Positions 1-15,337 of a DNA stretch of 64,000 bases are shown here, in pieces; positions within the stretch are counted from its first letter, which is position 1; every line of letters begins with the position of its first letter. The notes beneath the pieces are model-generated. The model saw nothing but the letters and a program-made list of their open reading frames with translations, was not told where the DNA came from and did not search any database. A program made the position numbers and the translations under genes. The DNA comes from Anaeramoeba ignava BMAN (lineage: Eukaryota > Protista > Anaeramoebae), in assembly GCA_028826165.1 (NCBI GenBank), contig JAPDFW010000097.1, forward strand, positions 124,001 to 188,000, in the 5' to 3' direction.

Positions 1-848
1 ATTTTAATTTTAATTCAATTCAAATTTAATTTAATATTTAATTCTATATTTAATTTAATTCAATTCAATTTAATATTTAATATTCAATTCAATATTTAAT
101 TCAATTTAATTCAATTCAATATTTAATTCAATTCAATTCAATTCAATTCAATATTTAATTCAATTCAATTTGATTCAATTTAATTCAAATTTAATTTTAA
201 TTTCAATTCAATTCAATTCAATTTAATTCAATATTTAATATTTAATATTTAATTCAATTCAATATTCAATTCAATATTTAATTCAATTTAATTCAATTCA
301 ATTCAATATTCAATTTAATATTCAATCCAATTCAATTCAATTCAATATTTAATTTAATTCAATTCAATTTAATATTCAATATTTAATTCAATTTTTAATT
401 CAATTCAATTTTTAATTTAATTCAATTCAATATTTAATTTAATTCAATTCAATATTTAATTTAATTCAATTCAATATTTAATATTCAATTTAATTTAATT
501 CAATATTTAATTTAATTCAATATTTAATTTAATTCAATTCAATTTAATTCAATTTAATTCAATATTCAATTTAATTTAATTCAATATTTAATTCAATTCA
601 TTATTTAATTCAATTTAATTCAATATTCAATTCAATTCAATATTTAATTTAATTCAATTCAATTCAATTCAATATTTAATTCAATATTTAATTCAATATT
701 TAATTCAATATTTAATTTAATTCAATTCAATTTAATTCAATTTAATTCAATATAATTTAATTCAATTCAATATTCAATTTAATTCAATTCAATATTCAAT
801 TTAATATTCAATCCAATTCAATTCAATTCAATATTTAATTTAATTCAA
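1..848. repeat. Degenerate (AATTC/AATTT/AATATT)n microsatellite filling the CH-gene intron
   Basis: Directly visible tandem 5-7 bp units. Confidence 0.95.
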
Positions 849-1289
849 AAATGAATTAAAATGGGAAAAGAAAAAATTTTTTTTTAATTTTGATTGTTTT
901 TTTTTTACTGAAGAAATGTTAAATTTTGAAGTAATTCTTGAAGAAGAAAACCATCACAAAAATCATTTGATAAATCTTTACAAGGAATTTCTTTACTAAT
1001 ATTAGTTTTAATCCAATTAAGAAAAACCTTTTTTTTATTTTTTTTTAAATTTTTTTATAAATTTTTTTAATTTAATAAATTTTATAAATGATCTTTAAAT
1101 AAAATAAAAGAAATTAATTGAATTTTATTGATATTTTTTTAGTTAAAGATTTTATTTTTGCTTTTTTTTTATTTATAAAAATTTATACAAATAATTAATC
1201 ATATTAATAATATTAATAATATATTTTTTTTTTACTTTTGGGTTTTTAATTATAATTTCATCTTTCTTTTGATATGTAAGACTTAACAT
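1..1289 (-). CDS. Calponin-homology (CH) domain protein, 5' part (exons 1289-1236 and 1027-909; continues off the left edge after a long intron)
   Basis: Manual splicing (GT donor 1235, AAG acceptor 1028, GT donor 908) gives MLSLTYQKKDEIIIKNPK|VFLNWIKTNISKEIPCKDLSNDFCDGFLLQELLQNL. This matches the CH-domain pattern W...DL..D..DG..L..LL. Not captured by the ORF track. Confidence 0.7.
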
Positions 1290-1340
1290 AAAAGAAATAA
1301 GAAAATAAAAATAAAAAAAGAAAAGAAAAAATAAAAAAAT

Positions 1341-1382
1341 TTTTTTCATTTTTTTTTTCATTTTTTTTTCATTTTTTTTTCA
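1341..1382 (+). promoter_or_regulatory. T-tract-embedded TCATTT initiator-like element (example; present upstream of almost all genes in the window)
   Basis: TTTTTTCATTTTT repeated three times before ATG 1383; the same motif occurs on the coding strand upstream of most other starts. Confidence 0.6.
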
Positions 1383-2656
1383 ATGGGATCAATAGATGTT
1401 TCAAAACAAAGATTTCCATTTTGCATTGTTTGGACACCGATTCCAGTTCTAAGTTGGTTATTTCCATTTATTGGACATGTTGGAATTGGGGATTCTAACG
1501 GAATAATTCATGATTTTGCTGGTCCTTATTATGTTAGAAAAGATAATATGGCTTTTGGAAAACCTACAAAATATTATCAACTCAATCTTTCTTGTTCTCT
1601 TTCTCAATTCCAATCTGCTGTTGAGCAAGCTACTGATGAGTTTTCTCAAACAAATTATAATTTATTATGGAAAAATTGTCATTATTTTGTTGCTCGTGTT
1701 CTTGATATTATTCATTATAAAGTTTATAAATATAAATATAAAAATAAATATAAATATAAATATAAATATAAATATAAATATAAATCTAAAATTAAAATAT
1801 AGATATAAAATTAAAATATAAATACAAATATAAATATAAATAAAAATATAAATATAAATATAAATACAAATATAAATATAAATATAAAATATATAAAATA
1901 TAAATATAAAATAAAATAAAATATAAATATAAATAAATCTAAATATAAAAAATATAAATATAAATATAAAATATAAATATAAATATATAAATATAAATAT
2001 ATAAATATAAATATAAATATAAATATAAATATAAATAAAAAATATATAAATATAAAATATAAATATAAATATAAAATATAAATATAAACATATATAAATA
2101 TAAAATAATATAAAAAATAAATATAAATATAAATATAAATATAAAATAAATAAAACATAAATATAAATATAAATATAAAATATAAAAATATAAATAAATA
2201 TAAATATAATAAATATAAAATATAAATAAATATAAATATAAATATAAATATAAATATAAATATAAATATAAATATAATTATAAATATAAATATAAATATA
2301 AATATAAATATAAATATAAATATAAATATAAATATAAATATAAATATAAATATATATAAATATAAATCAAAATATAAATATAATTATAAATATAAATATA
2401 AATATAAATATAAATATAATTATAAATATAAATATAAATATATAAATATAATTATAATTATAAATATAAATATAAATATTTAATAATTTTTAATTATTAA
2501 AATTAGGATAAAAAAAATTGGTCAAAATTTGCAATGGTGAAAGTTATTATTCAATTAACTAAATTTTCAAAATTTATTAGCTTAAAACATTTCCTTTTAA
2601 GTTATTATGGATTTGCAATTACATTATTATTTTTTCTCTTTTTTTATTCTCGTTAA
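1383..2656 (+). CDS. TMEM222: TMEM222/RTE1-like (DUF778) membrane protein, 2 exons (intron 1722-2506)
   Basis: RFPFCIVWTPIPVLSWLFPFIGHVGI...DFAGPY...FGKPTKY...YNL..NCH.FVA signature. Exon 2 reads DKKNWSKFAMVK... and stops at 2656. Confidence 0.9.
1725..2480. repeat. (TAAATA)n intronic microsatellite
   Basis: Visible tandem hexamer. Confidence 0.95.
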
Positions 2657-2898
2657 TTTGGCAAAAAAAAAAGAGGAAAAGGAAAAGGAAAAAAATTTTT
2701 TTATTCCATTTTTTTTTTGATTAATTTTTTTTTCATTTGAAAATTAGAAATAAATTTAAAAATTTAAATTGAAATTAGAATTGAAATTAAAATTAAAATT
2801 GAAATTTTCTCTTTTTGCTTTATTTGAAAAAAAAATTTTTTTATTATTTTTTTTTTTCATTTTTTTTGTTTTTGTTTGTTTTTTTAATTTTAATTAAA

Positions 2899-5800
2899 AT
2901 GAATTGGATTCTTCGTCGAAAAAAAAAAGAGCAAAAATAAAGATAAAAATAAAAATAAAGATAAAAAAGATAAAAAAGATAAAAATAATGAAAATGAAAA
3001 AGATGAAAATGAAAATGAAAATTCCAAAAATACAAATACTAAGGATAGTAATAACCAAAATAACCAAAATAATCCTTCTGATACAACTCAAACAAATCAA
3101 AATACTGACTCAAAATCAATCAAAGATAGTTCGAAAAAAGAACAAATGCAAAGAGGAAAAATTAATTTATCAAATGATTTTTCTCAAATATTGAAAATAA
3201 AAAAATTATATCTAGAATATTCAAAAATCAAAACATCCAAAAATAATAAAAAAAACACAAAAATTGAACAAGAAGAAATTTTTGGAAAGGTTGTAAATTT
3301 GTTTTATAATAATTTCTGTCTTGATAAATCAACAAAACTATCAGAGTAAATTTTTCCCTTTTAAAAAAATTTTTTCCTTATTTTTTCAATTAAAATCTAT
3401 TTATATTTTTTTTCTTTTAAAACAAAAAAAAAGTTTTGGCTGATTCAACTTTATTATCTTCTTCTTTTGCTTCAAAATTTGTGGAAATTATTGATCAAAA
3501 TTATAAAAAATTATTTGAAAATCCTGAAAAATTATTTGAAATTTTCATTTATGATGATAATAATTTCCATTTCCAACTTCTTTCTTCAATTGAAATACTA
3601 TCATTTTCAAATTCAAATATAATTTTAATGCTTGATTCTCATCTTCCTTCAACAATGATTAAATTAGTTGAAATTTTATCTGAAATTTCGATTAAATTTC
3701 AAGAAAAAGAAGAATGTATATTTTTTTTTTTAAATTTTAAATTTAAATTGAATTTTAAATTGATTTGATTTTTTTTTAGATTTTAATCATTTCCAAATTA
3801 TTCTTTCTTTAATTGAATCAATCCAAATCAATCTCTTTCCTATTAAATCAACTATTTATGAACTTCTTAATTCAAAATCAATTCCAATTTTATTTTTTCT
3901 AATTCAAAAATGTTCAGTTAAAACTAAAATGACCAAGTTATTTTTTGAATCAATCAAGAAAATTATCCACAAATTTATTGAGGTTTGTTTCAATCAAGAA
4001 GTTATCGAGGATTTATCTGAGTCAAACATAATGATTAAACTGCTTGAAATTGCAAATCAATTTACTCAAAATGAAAACGAGTGCAAAATGGAAGTATTTT
4101 TGATCATCATTCAATCCATTTTGGAATCAGCAAAATATTCGCTTAATTTTTTCGATCAATTCGCCTCTTCAAATGGATTCAAAATTCTCCAGAAATATTT
4201 GATTCAAATCATCGTTTCTGTCGAACAATATCAATACACAAAACATCAATTAAATCAAATTATCAATAAATTATTTGATGTTGTTCATGTTGGAAATCTT
4301 ACAGATAATATCACTTCAATTCACGAGCTATCTTCTCAAAAATCCTCTCCAAATTTCAAAACAAGAAATCTAATCCAAAATTACGACTCCTTTAATTTAT
4401 TAGTAAATATTTTTGTTACAATTTCTACTAATCAAGAAATTGATCCTTCCGTATCAGAAAATATTCTTGAAAAAATGCTTGGAATTTATGCTTTTGATCC
4501 TCTGAATTATCACATTTCCAAAAATGAAAACGGATTAGAAAAGATTATCAATCAATTCCCAGCTGTGGATATTAAAACTAAAGTACAAATATTTTAACAT
4601 TTATAAATCAAAAAATAATTCTTTCCATTTATTAATTTCATTTTTCAAAAACAAAAGGAAATGATTTTGAAAATGATTGAATACATCTCTTTATCATGCC
4701 CAAAATTACCAAGAGATGAATTTGGGATCTTGATCCAATTTCTTAAACAAAGTCAAAATAATTTAAATTGGACTGCTTCTGAAATTTCATTGATTTTTCA
4801 GTTATTTAATAAATTCATTGAGTTCGATGCTTCATATAAGGAGTATTTTGTTGAATTGGGACTATTAGATATACATTTCAGTTTTCTTTCGAAAATTGAA
4901 GTCAAAAAGGAAAGTGAAGAAACTGAGGATTCAAAACAAAAAATGGAAAATCAGAAGAATTTATTCCAAATATATATGAATAATTTAATTGCTTTACTTG
5001 ATAAATCCTTTTCGAATTTAAATCAATTTGTGGTGAAAAACGGGATTATGTACATTAAAAAGATCATCAGATTTGAAATTCATAGAGCATCAATATTCAA
5101 ACTACTTCGGCGTTTATTGATGCAAATCCATCTAGATTTGAAATATGAATATTTGCATTCCTTACTCGAATTGATTCAGTCAACTTCAGAAGAAGATATC
5201 AAATTGCAGAAGGATATGCTCCATTTCTTTGTTCTTATGTTTGGCGCAGATGATGTTTTTAAACATCTTTTCCAAAAATGCAACGGTTTTATCATCTATA
5301 TTACTAATATATTTGCGCTTCTTTCGAAAATCAAGAATGTTTCAATGAAGGAAAAATTTGAATTGATTGAAGTTCTTTTTTATGCCTTGATAAAAGCTTT
5401 GATTAATGATCCTGAAAATAGAGAGCATTTCAACTCAAAAGTAGCGCCATATTTAGGTGAATCAGTCAAATTATCAGGCGTATTAAACGATCCTGATTAT
5501 AAATATCAATTATTCATGCTCTTGATTGATTTGTCGGTTGAATCACTTGAATATTTTGATGGGAAATATGAAAAACAAGAATTAGGCAATTTGAGTTATA
5601 TTTCAAATAGTAATAATAATAACAATAACGAGAAAAACCCCAAATCAGAAAATCCTCAACCAAAAATTTTACATCCAGATTCAATCAGTGTTTGTCTGCA
5701 AAATTTGGATAAATTATCCGATGAGCTAAGGATGAAAGTGATGCTGAAAATTCTTGGATTGATTGAACTAAATCTCAAAAATCGACAAATGATGTCAGTT

Positions 5801-8800
5801 ATGTCATCAATATTTGATATTTGTACAATCTATAAGGAGGATTTATATCAACCCAAAAATTCATTTCAAAAAGCGCTGCTTAAATTTATTCGTCTTATCG
5901 GAACAATAAACATACAAGTCCACGAAATCAAAATTTTCATTAGATTGTTTAACACACAAGATCAGGCAGTTTTGGAGAGTCTTTACAACACATTGATTCA
6001 AATGATTAGAGAAGAAAAACAACCTGGATTCATCAGTTTTGATCATGAAACATTGGGATATTCAAACCTGAATATTAAAAATTTCAAAACAGGAAATAAT
6101 TTTTGGCCGCCAGCAAATGGATACTCTTTTTCTTGTTGGTTTAGTGTTGATTCACTTGATGAATTGGAAAAAAATTCATCCGAAAGAAAATTCCACATTT
6201 TCACACTTTCGACAAAAAATAACGAACTAATTGAAACAATTTATATCAAAGAGCAAAGACTCACAATTGAAATTGATCCAAAAACAAAAATAACGATGAA
6301 CAATTATTCATTCACTTCGTTTCATTGGTATCATCTTGTTGTTGTTCATTCAAAGCATCGATTTCACGCGAGCAAAGTATCAATATATGTGGATGGAGTC
6401 AATCATTACACTTGCAAATTAGATTACCCTTCGCAAGTTACATGCGACGAAAATTTAAATGCATATTTAGGAACACCTGAGTTTCTGAAACAGAGATCAA
6501 GAATTGCATGGAAATTGGGTCCATGCTATCTTTATGAACTCCCCTTGTCTCCCGAGGCTGTCAACACGCTGTTTTTGATTGGACCTCATTATAACGGATC
6601 TTTCATCTCTCCAATTTATCAATACCAAATGTATTCTCCAATTAACCATAAACATTTAATTGAGCTCAAAAGCATGGACAGTGTACAGAAAATAAACTCT
6701 GTTGATTTATCCTCAAGTCCTGCTCCTTTATTACATGACAAAATCATCTTTCATTACTCTGCAAATTGTTATGGAAAACTTCTTGAAAAATCGGAAGACA
6801 ATATTCAATATTCGGCTAATAATTTGGCTCAAACTTCAAGTGAAGAAAAAAGAATATATGATAATTCCAAATATATTTCTTCAGATTTTCCCAAAAAAGC
6901 GCCAGAAACAAGGAAAATCCCTGTTTTAGTCAATATATCATCCAAATCAGGAAGACCCTTTGCCTTTTTCAATGGAGAATGCATTTCATTTCGCACAAAC
7001 GGAATCACCAAAGGAATCATGAAGATTGGAGGTGTTCAAGTGATCTTTTTCTTTATCGAAAACTCAAAAACATCCGAATGCTTGAATCTCTCGATAGTAA
7101 TTCTGATGGAATTAATAAACTCGTTGTTTTTCCATTTAAGAGAAATGGAGCGAATTGAAGGATATGAAGTTCTCTCTTATTTTTTGAATATGAAACAGGA
7201 TCTAATCACAACGGAAACAATCAACATTCTTCTGAAATTAGCAGGATTGGATTTAAGAAACAAGAAACACTCCGTTATTTCGAATACTGATGTTGTTTCT
7301 AAGATTTTATTTGATACTACAATATGGAAAAACGTCAAATCAGGATTGAAGGTTTATTTCCTTTCACAACTTTCTTGTTTTATCCTTGATAACGAACACC
7401 ATCTCTTCAATCTTATTCAGCTCAGAAAATGCAATATTGTTGAATTCTTGCTATTTTTCTTAAAACACCTGAGACTTAGAATTAATTCCATAACGGAGAT
7501 TAGAAGCTTTATTGAATTGATACTCCAGCATCGTCCAATTTTACAAAATGAAATTTTTCTTGTTCGCAATTTTATTCTTTCAACAACAATCTCAAAGAAA
7601 ACTGGAAACAAACAATTCCACCAAAACCACAAACTTCAAATTGCCAAAAATAATCACTTGCTGAAAATGGTCTCGAGATTGATCCTTAAATACGAAGACG
7701 ATGATACAAATTTGGAAGCACTTTATCATGTATTTTCACCAGAATTTATATTGCAAATTATTCAGCAGTCAAGATATTCTAAAACAATTACATTGGCGCT
7801 GGAGATTTTGATTCGATTCTTCATTTCACGTCAGCAATATCTCCAAAAATTCAAACAAGCATATGGATTCACAGTCTTGAAATCATTGATTCTTCCTTTC
7901 TTTAAAAAGCAAAATATTTACGGTGCATTATTCTCTTTATTTCTTCGAGTTTTGATTACGAATTATCTTGATTTCAAAATCCAAATACATATAATGAAGG
8001 ATCTTATTAAACAATCAGAAAATTCAAACGAATACCAACCATTAAGTATATATAACATTGACTCTTTGCATCTTATTCTAAGTTTAGTCACAAAGAGTCA
8101 TGAAGAATTTTTGAAAATCAATTTCTACAATATATATTTCAAAAATAATGATGAAGTTGATAACAATAACAATAACAACAGTAATAACAATAACAATTTT
8201 AACGCTGAAGAATTGAATCAATTCCTTTACACAAAAACTAATCCTGTTGTTGATTTTGAAAAAGATCCACAAAAAAATCAGTCTCTCGATGATACTGAAG
8301 ACAGCGAAATGAACGAAGAATATGTTGATTATGAAATTGTTAAGCAATTCCAAAGACAGAATTTGATTTTGATGTTTCTACAGGAATTGTTTTTCCGATC
8401 TCCTCAACTCCAAGAGCATTGCAAATCAAGAGAATTCCTTGATATATTGGTTCACATAATATTTGCAGTTAACCATAAGAATTTATTTGTTAGTTTCCTT
8501 AATTCCAAGCATGAAACTCAAAGCAAACAAGAAAAAGACACAGATTTTTTCGAAAAAGAAAATGTGGATGATGATTATGTTGATAACGAAAATGAAAATT
8601 CAGCAATGGTTGATGAAACTGAACAACTTAGAAAACGATCCAAAAGTCAAGTTATCAACATTTCAATCATCCAAAACCAAGAATTAATGGAAAAGAAAAA
8701 AATCAAATACGGAAAAAGAAGAAGATCCTCAATTCGCTCATTTAGAAATAACCAAGTCATGAATGACCAAAGTATCCAAATAGGAATTTCAGCCGAAACT

Positions 8801-11800
8801 CGAAATACATCCAAAACATTACCCTCTTTCCATAATTTTGCTGCTAAACAAAATGTGATGGCAAATATGTTTTTATTGAATAATCAAACAAGTGGCCAAA
8901 TTTTCCAGTTTTTGAATGAAATCACTTTCCAATCAATGCTTTCAGATACGAAATTCACTCAAATATTTGACGATATTTTCATATCGATCCCGCTCTTTAT
9001 TGATGGAGAGCTCAACAAGTCATTCCAAAAATTGGTGATCACAAACATATTCAAAAAAATTAGAAGATCTATTCGATTCGAATTGATCGAAAAATTTCCA
9101 AGATTTATCAAGAATTTGATTCAGTTTTCTGATTTTCTGATTGAAAAAATACAATTAGATTTATTCTCACTTAATTACACATTTAAGATTGTGAATTTCT
9201 ACATTATGATCATCACCTTCTTTTCTCAAAAAGCCGAGGATCTAAATCTTCCTAAACAAAAAACCAAATCTCAAAAGAAAGCGCTTGCTAATTTCATGAC
9301 AACTGAATCAACTTCCGATATCATTAAATTAAACTACAAAAACGATTCATGCTTTCTTTCATATTATAAAGGATTGGATGAAATTATCATCTATTTACTT
9401 ACAAAATTCAAAGAAAAATCTGACGAAATTTTGTTTGTTTTGGATTTGATAATTAAATATCAAAAAGTTGTCATTTGTAAAAATAACAACAATAGCAGAT
9501 TCATACCTGTATTATGCCATTATTTGTATCAGTACTTGTTCAATTCTAGTACTCATATTTTTGAGAAAGCAGTTTCTTTATGGAAGGCAATTCTACTTAC
9601 CATTCCCGAGTATATTCGACCTTTGTTTTCATACAAAAATACGCGAAACGAAACAAAAAATTATATTGATGGTGGATTTTTGTTTTTGCTCAATGATACT
9701 GCTGAATTCCTCAATATTCTCAAAGGCAAAGAACAAGCTATTGGCGATCTTTTGAAATCATCTCTTCCCAAAAACTTGCCAATAACCAAAGATCCCGTTG
9801 AAAAAAAACTTATAAACGAAGAAAACCGCAAGAAAAATCAACTCAAAATAAGGAAGAAAACAAAGCAAGAAAATGATGAGAAAAACAAACGTTTATTGCA
9901 ATTAGAAGGCTCATTTAATACATTAAGAATTACCGAAAGAGAAGAATATTATAAAAAAAAGTTCCTTCAACTGAATAAAAAACTTAGTTTAGCTTCCCAA
10001 TGGAAAACAATGAAAAAAGAATTGACTCGGGAATTGGGTATTTTTGGGAATGATTGTCCCGATACAAACATTAAATGGAAATGTGATTTGAGAGAAGGTC
10101 CTTTTAGAATGAGGAAAATAATGAGAAGAAATTACTATTTCCAAGATTATCTCCCACACAACATTTCACATAAGGATTTTTTGGAAATGAAGAATGAATT
10201 TATATCAGCATTTGACACTTCAAAAAATCAAGATAATAATATATCCTCAAATCAAGATATTTTAACAAATCAAAATGTACATCAAATCCACAAAACTAAA
10301 AGTCTCAATATTCAAACATTTGACAAACTTTCTATCCCAACACAAACTGAAGCGAAAAAACTTATTTATCAATTGAATAAAATTGATTCAGAAGAGCAAG
10401 TGGATTTTCTTGATGATGTTGAACCAGATAAACCAAATACCAATGAAACAACTTTAAAGGATACCATCAAAAACAATCAAAACAATAACAATCAAAATGA
10501 TGATCAAAATAAAACAACACTTAAAGATCGAGATTCTTTTATTTTATCCAAAAACTTCATGTCAACTTATGAAACATTTGGTTTATTTGAAAATTCACTT
10601 AATAAATTAGCATTTTTAAATGATCAAAGAATAACACAATTTCTTGAACCAGATGAGAAAATTGATCATTTTACAAACACTACACTTATTAATATGCTTG
10701 ATAATAAGAATGGAATAATGTTGATAAGTTCTTCAAATTGTTATTTTATTGAAAATTATTATATTCTTGAAAATGAAGGTTTGTTTGAATTATATAATCT
10801 GGAAGATGTTTTAATAAATGAAAATGAAAATCAAAATGAAAATCAAGATAAAAATGAAAATCAAAATCAAAATGAAAATCAAAATGAAAATGAAAATGAA
10901 AATCAAAATGAAAATCAAAATGAAAATAAAAATGAAAATCAAAATGAAAATAAAAATCAAAATGAAAATCAAAATGAAAATCAAAATGAAAATGAAAATA
11001 AAAATCAAAATGAAAATGAAAATGAAAATGAAAATAAAATTGAAAATAAAATTGAAAATGAAAATGAAAATCAAGAAAATAAAAATAAAAATCAAGAAAA
11101 GAAAAAGAAAAAGAAAAAAGAAAATAAAGAAGATGATATAAATCCTTTCAACATCCCTTCAGATTACTCAACTCTATTCAATAGTCAATGGTTTTTATGG
11201 GCAAATAACATAAGATTCCGAAAATTACCAAAATTTGGAGGAGAACATAAAAAAATAAACAAATCAAATAAAAAAACATTAAATATTCATCATAAATGCT
11301 TAAAATTATCAATGGAAATGATTCAAGATGTTTTAGAACGGAAATATTCATTACAACCGATTGCATTAGAAATTTTCCTTAAAGATGGGATGACATATTT
11401 GTTTTATTTTCCAGGAAAAGAACGAGATAGTGTTTACAATAAAATCAATTCACTTTCATCAGCAAAATTTGGGGATGTAGTTGAAATAGTAGGTGCAAAA
11501 ATGAGCACAACAGAAAATGAGAGTGGATTTGGAATTTTCCGTTCATCACAAACACAAAGATGGCGAAATGGAGAGATTTCCAACTTCCAATATTTAATGC
11601 ATCTCAACACTTTAGCAGGAAGAACTTATAACGATCTTACTCAATATCCGGTTTTCCCATGGATTCTCAAGGATTATAACAGTAAAACACTTGATCTCAA
11701 AAATTCAGAAATTTATCGTGATTTATCTAAGCCAATGGGAGCATTAGATTCAACAAGAGCAGAATATTTCAAGAAAAAATACGAAACTTGGGAAGATAAA

Positions 11801-14035
11801 AATATCCCTAAATTCCATTATGGAACACATTATTCATCTTCCGCTTTGGTTCTTTATTACATGGTTCGATTAGAACCTTTTACACGCAATTTCATCAATC
11901 TCCAAAGTGGCACTTTTGATTATGTAGAAAGATTGTTTCAATCAATTGAGACAACTTTCAAAAGTGCTGCGCTTTCTGATGCAATTAATGTGATGGAATT
12001 GATTCCTGAGTTTTTTTATAATGAGGAATTTCTTCAGAATCAAAACAAATTCCTTCTTGGGAAACACAAATCAGGGAAATTCATTCACGATGTTGAATTA
12101 CCTCCATGGGCAAATAACGATCCTTATGAATTTATCCGGATTCACAGACAAGCGTTAGAAAGTGATTATGTTTCTGAAAATTTGCATAATTGGATCGATT
12201 TGATATTTGGATACAAACAACAAGGAAAATCTGCAGAAGAGGCACTGAATGTTTTCTATTATCTCACTTACGATGGAGCTTTCAATATCAATGAAATCAA
12301 AGACCCAAATATTTTATTCAGTATTTTAACTCAAATTAATAGTTTTGGACAAACTCCAAAACAATTATTTAAAAAACCGCATGTAAAACGACAAATGAGT
12401 AAATTTGGGAAAAAAGTAACATCAAATATCCAAACTTCGATTCAAGAAGATCATACTAAATCAATTCATATTAATAATAGCATTAGCACGAGCACGAATC
12501 AAGAAATAACTCAAAATTCAAATTCGAATGAAATAACTCAAATTTCTCAAAAAAATCAAACAGAATCAAATCAAACAGAAAATTCGGAAAATTCCAATTC
12601 GGAAAAAAGTAGCATTTCACCCAAAAAACTTGGGAATATATCCTTGAAATCTCAATCCACCATTAAAGAAATCAGGGTGAGTTCACCTGATTTGGCAAGT
12701 CCACTTTCAGTGGTAAAATATCGATATGAAAAAATTCGACAAGTTTTTGGAGAAGTTGGTGATATTAAAGTTGGAAGTGGAGAAAAAATATATGCAATTA
12801 GTCGGAACAAACGGTTCATCAAAAATCACTTACCAAAATACATATCATATGATAATTTCGACAATTCAATTCGCATTATAAATCTTCTTGACAACGACAA
12901 AATGATTGGGATTCAAGAAAACATTCATGTTGGAAAAGTAACAGCCGTTGATTCCTCAGAAGATGGGAGTTTGCTGATAACAGGAGGAGATGATTCAGTT
13001 GTGAAAGTGTGGAAAAACAATATTCTGAGCTCGAAAAATTCGCAATCCAATTTTTTCCAAACAAATCAACAATTTAATTCCTTATTGAAAAAACAAGATT
13101 TTTCCCTTTTGAAATGTCTAGATGGACACACAGCAAAAATCACGTGTGTTTCCATTTCTGAAGGATATGGACTTATTGTCAGTGGGTCAAGTGATTGTTT
13201 GTGTATTGTTTGGGATTTATATCGTTTGAGGTTTATAAGACAACTCGAAAAATTTGAAGAGCCAATTGTTTCTGTTTCAATCAATGATATTTCTGGAGAA
13301 ATTGTTGCTTGTAGTCGTGCTTTGATTCGTATTTGGACTATTAATGGAAAGCTTCTTGTTGAAAAATCAATTTTCAAATTTGTTTCTGAAGGCATTTCTA
13401 GTTTATGTATGACACATTTACCTGAATGGAATGATAATCATTTGTATATTACAGGTCATTCAAATGGTTTGGTCAGATTTTGGTCAATTAATAGAGATTA
13501 TTTGAAAGACAGATCATTTGGAAAATCAATAGAAACTTTAAGTGAAAAAATAAGTGAAAAATCAGTTGAAAAATTGAAAGAGGAATTAAAACAAAAACCG
13601 CGTCGAAATTCAGCTGAAATTTTGAATCAACATTTAATTAAAAATTCAAATCAAAACTCAAATCAAAATTCAAATCTTGGATCAACTGATGAATCAACTG
13701 ATGAATTGAATGATGATTTAAATCAATTAATCCAAAAATCAAATCAATCAAATAATGAAAATATTAATAAAGATAATTCAACAATAGATTCAAGTCTTGT
13801 TGAAATTAATACTGATTCAATGGATTCTCTTCGTTCTTTCAATGAACAACAATCTTTATCAAAACAATCTTTATCAAAACATTCTTTTATGATAAGGGAT
13901 TTGAAAATGGTTTATGAAGATACCATTTCAAATTATCAAATTACAAAATTATTTGTTACTGAAAATTTAAAACTTTGTATTGGTGATTCTATTGGAAATG
14001 TTTATGTTCTTCCTTTTTCAAATTTTACTGATTAA
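2899..14035 (+). CDS. Large BEACH-domain protein (LvsA/WDFY3/neurobeachin-like: helical region, ConA-like, PH, BEACH, WD40); introns ~3346-3433, 3716-3779, 4583-4657
   Basis: BEACH motifs RWRNGEISNFQYLMHLNTLAGRTYNDLTQYPVFPW, HYGTHYSS, ELIPEFF, LPPWA, WIDLIFGYKQ, FGQTPKQLF, followed by WD40 repeats. Upstream ORFs join through GT-AG introns. The start at 2899 and the first junction each need a 1-nt correction; 3146 is an alternative start. Confidence 0.9.
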
Positions 14036-14186
14036 TTTTGTTTTATTTTTAAATTTTTTAAAAATAAAACAATTTTGGAATTTTAATTTTTAATTTTTAA
14101 TTTTAATTTTTATTATTTTAATTTTATTTTGGAATTTGGGAAAAAAATAATTTTTTTTTGAGAACTTTTTTGTTTTTTAAAAATTA

Positions 14187-15224
14187 TTATTTCTTTGCAT
14201 AAGAAATTTTCATAAAATATTGATCAGTAATTTGAAAATTTTGAAGAATTGATAAAACTTGAGTTGCTTGTTCTTCTTTTTCAAACTCTACAAAAGCTCT
14301 ACCAGTATTGGAAGGAGGAAGCATTTCCACATTAACAAAACCAATATATCTATATGAAAGTGGTACAAAAGGGTTATTAATATTTTGCTTTTATAGATCA
14401 AGAAAAAATTACTGTTTAAAAATGATCGACATCATCATCTCATTTGCATCAAGTGGAAGATTTTCCACAAAAAGAATATGATTTGGTGTTCCTAGATCTT
14501 CAGGTTCGAGAGAAATATTTTCTACAACTTCTTTTCTTTGATTATTTTCTTGGTTCTTCTTTTCTTTTTTTGGATTTTGTTTTTCTTTTTTTGTTTCATT
14601 TGCTTTTTCTTCTGTGTTTGTTTCTTTTGTTTATTAAGAAAATGAATAAGTAAATTGTGTTTGAAATCGGATAAATTTTTTCCGAATAAAATTTACTTTT
14701 TCTTTTTGAACGCAGAATATTAGGTCTAAAAGTTCCATCAAGTTTTGCAATTGCATAAGATTTTTTTTTTGCAAATTCAATTTTCTTTTTATTTTTATTT
14801 TTATTTAATAAATTTTTTATCAATTTTTTTATTATAAATTTTATTATTTTATACTAAAGGTTTTTGTTGGAAAAGAAATCCTTGCATTTTTCTCTTAGCA
14901 AGAGATGCTGAATTTGTATCTGAGAAAGCAATAAATGCTTGACCTCTCATTTTATTTGTTCTCATTGCAACAATATCATGAATTTTACCAAATTCTGTAA
15001 AGAGTTCATATAATTGAGCGCGAAGTTCTTTTTGAACAATATAATTTAAATATAATTATAATATTAAATATAATTATAATTATAATATTAATTTTAAAAT
15101 TAATTATAATTTTAATAATAATTTTTAATTTTAATTTTTGAATTTTTATACCATTTTTTTTAATTTTTTCATTTATATTATGAATATAAATTGTTTGATT
15201 TGGTCGATTTTCTGGATGTTGCAT
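14187..15224 (-). CDS. U1A/U2B'' (SNF) snRNP two-RRM protein, 5 exons
   Basis: PNQTIYIHNINEKIKK|ELRAQLYELFTEFGKIHDIVAMRTNKMRGQAFIAF, then RRM2 PNHILFVENLP...AFVEF...MKISYAKK*. Four GT-AG introns and one frameshift in the linker near 14545. Confidence 0.9.
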
Positions 15225-15337
15225 TAAAAAAACTTTATAAAAAAATATATTTTATTATTAATAAATTTTTATATTTTAAAAAAAAAGAAAAAAATGAAAA
15301 AAATGAAATTTCAAAAAAAAAAATTAATTATTTTTAT

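Noticed and set aside
2899-2945. Euplotes-like +1 programmed frameshift at AAA TAA (also in the U1A linker near 14545)
   Set aside because: The roughly 20 frameshifts in the window are a mix of +1 and -1 at homopolymers with no common motif, which fits long-read indel error. AAA TAA is expected by chance in A-rich DNA. Short-read polishing would settle it.
4661-14035. Alternative genetic code or stop readthrough
   Set aside because: Long ORFs are clean in the standard code and genes end at expected positions, mostly with TAA
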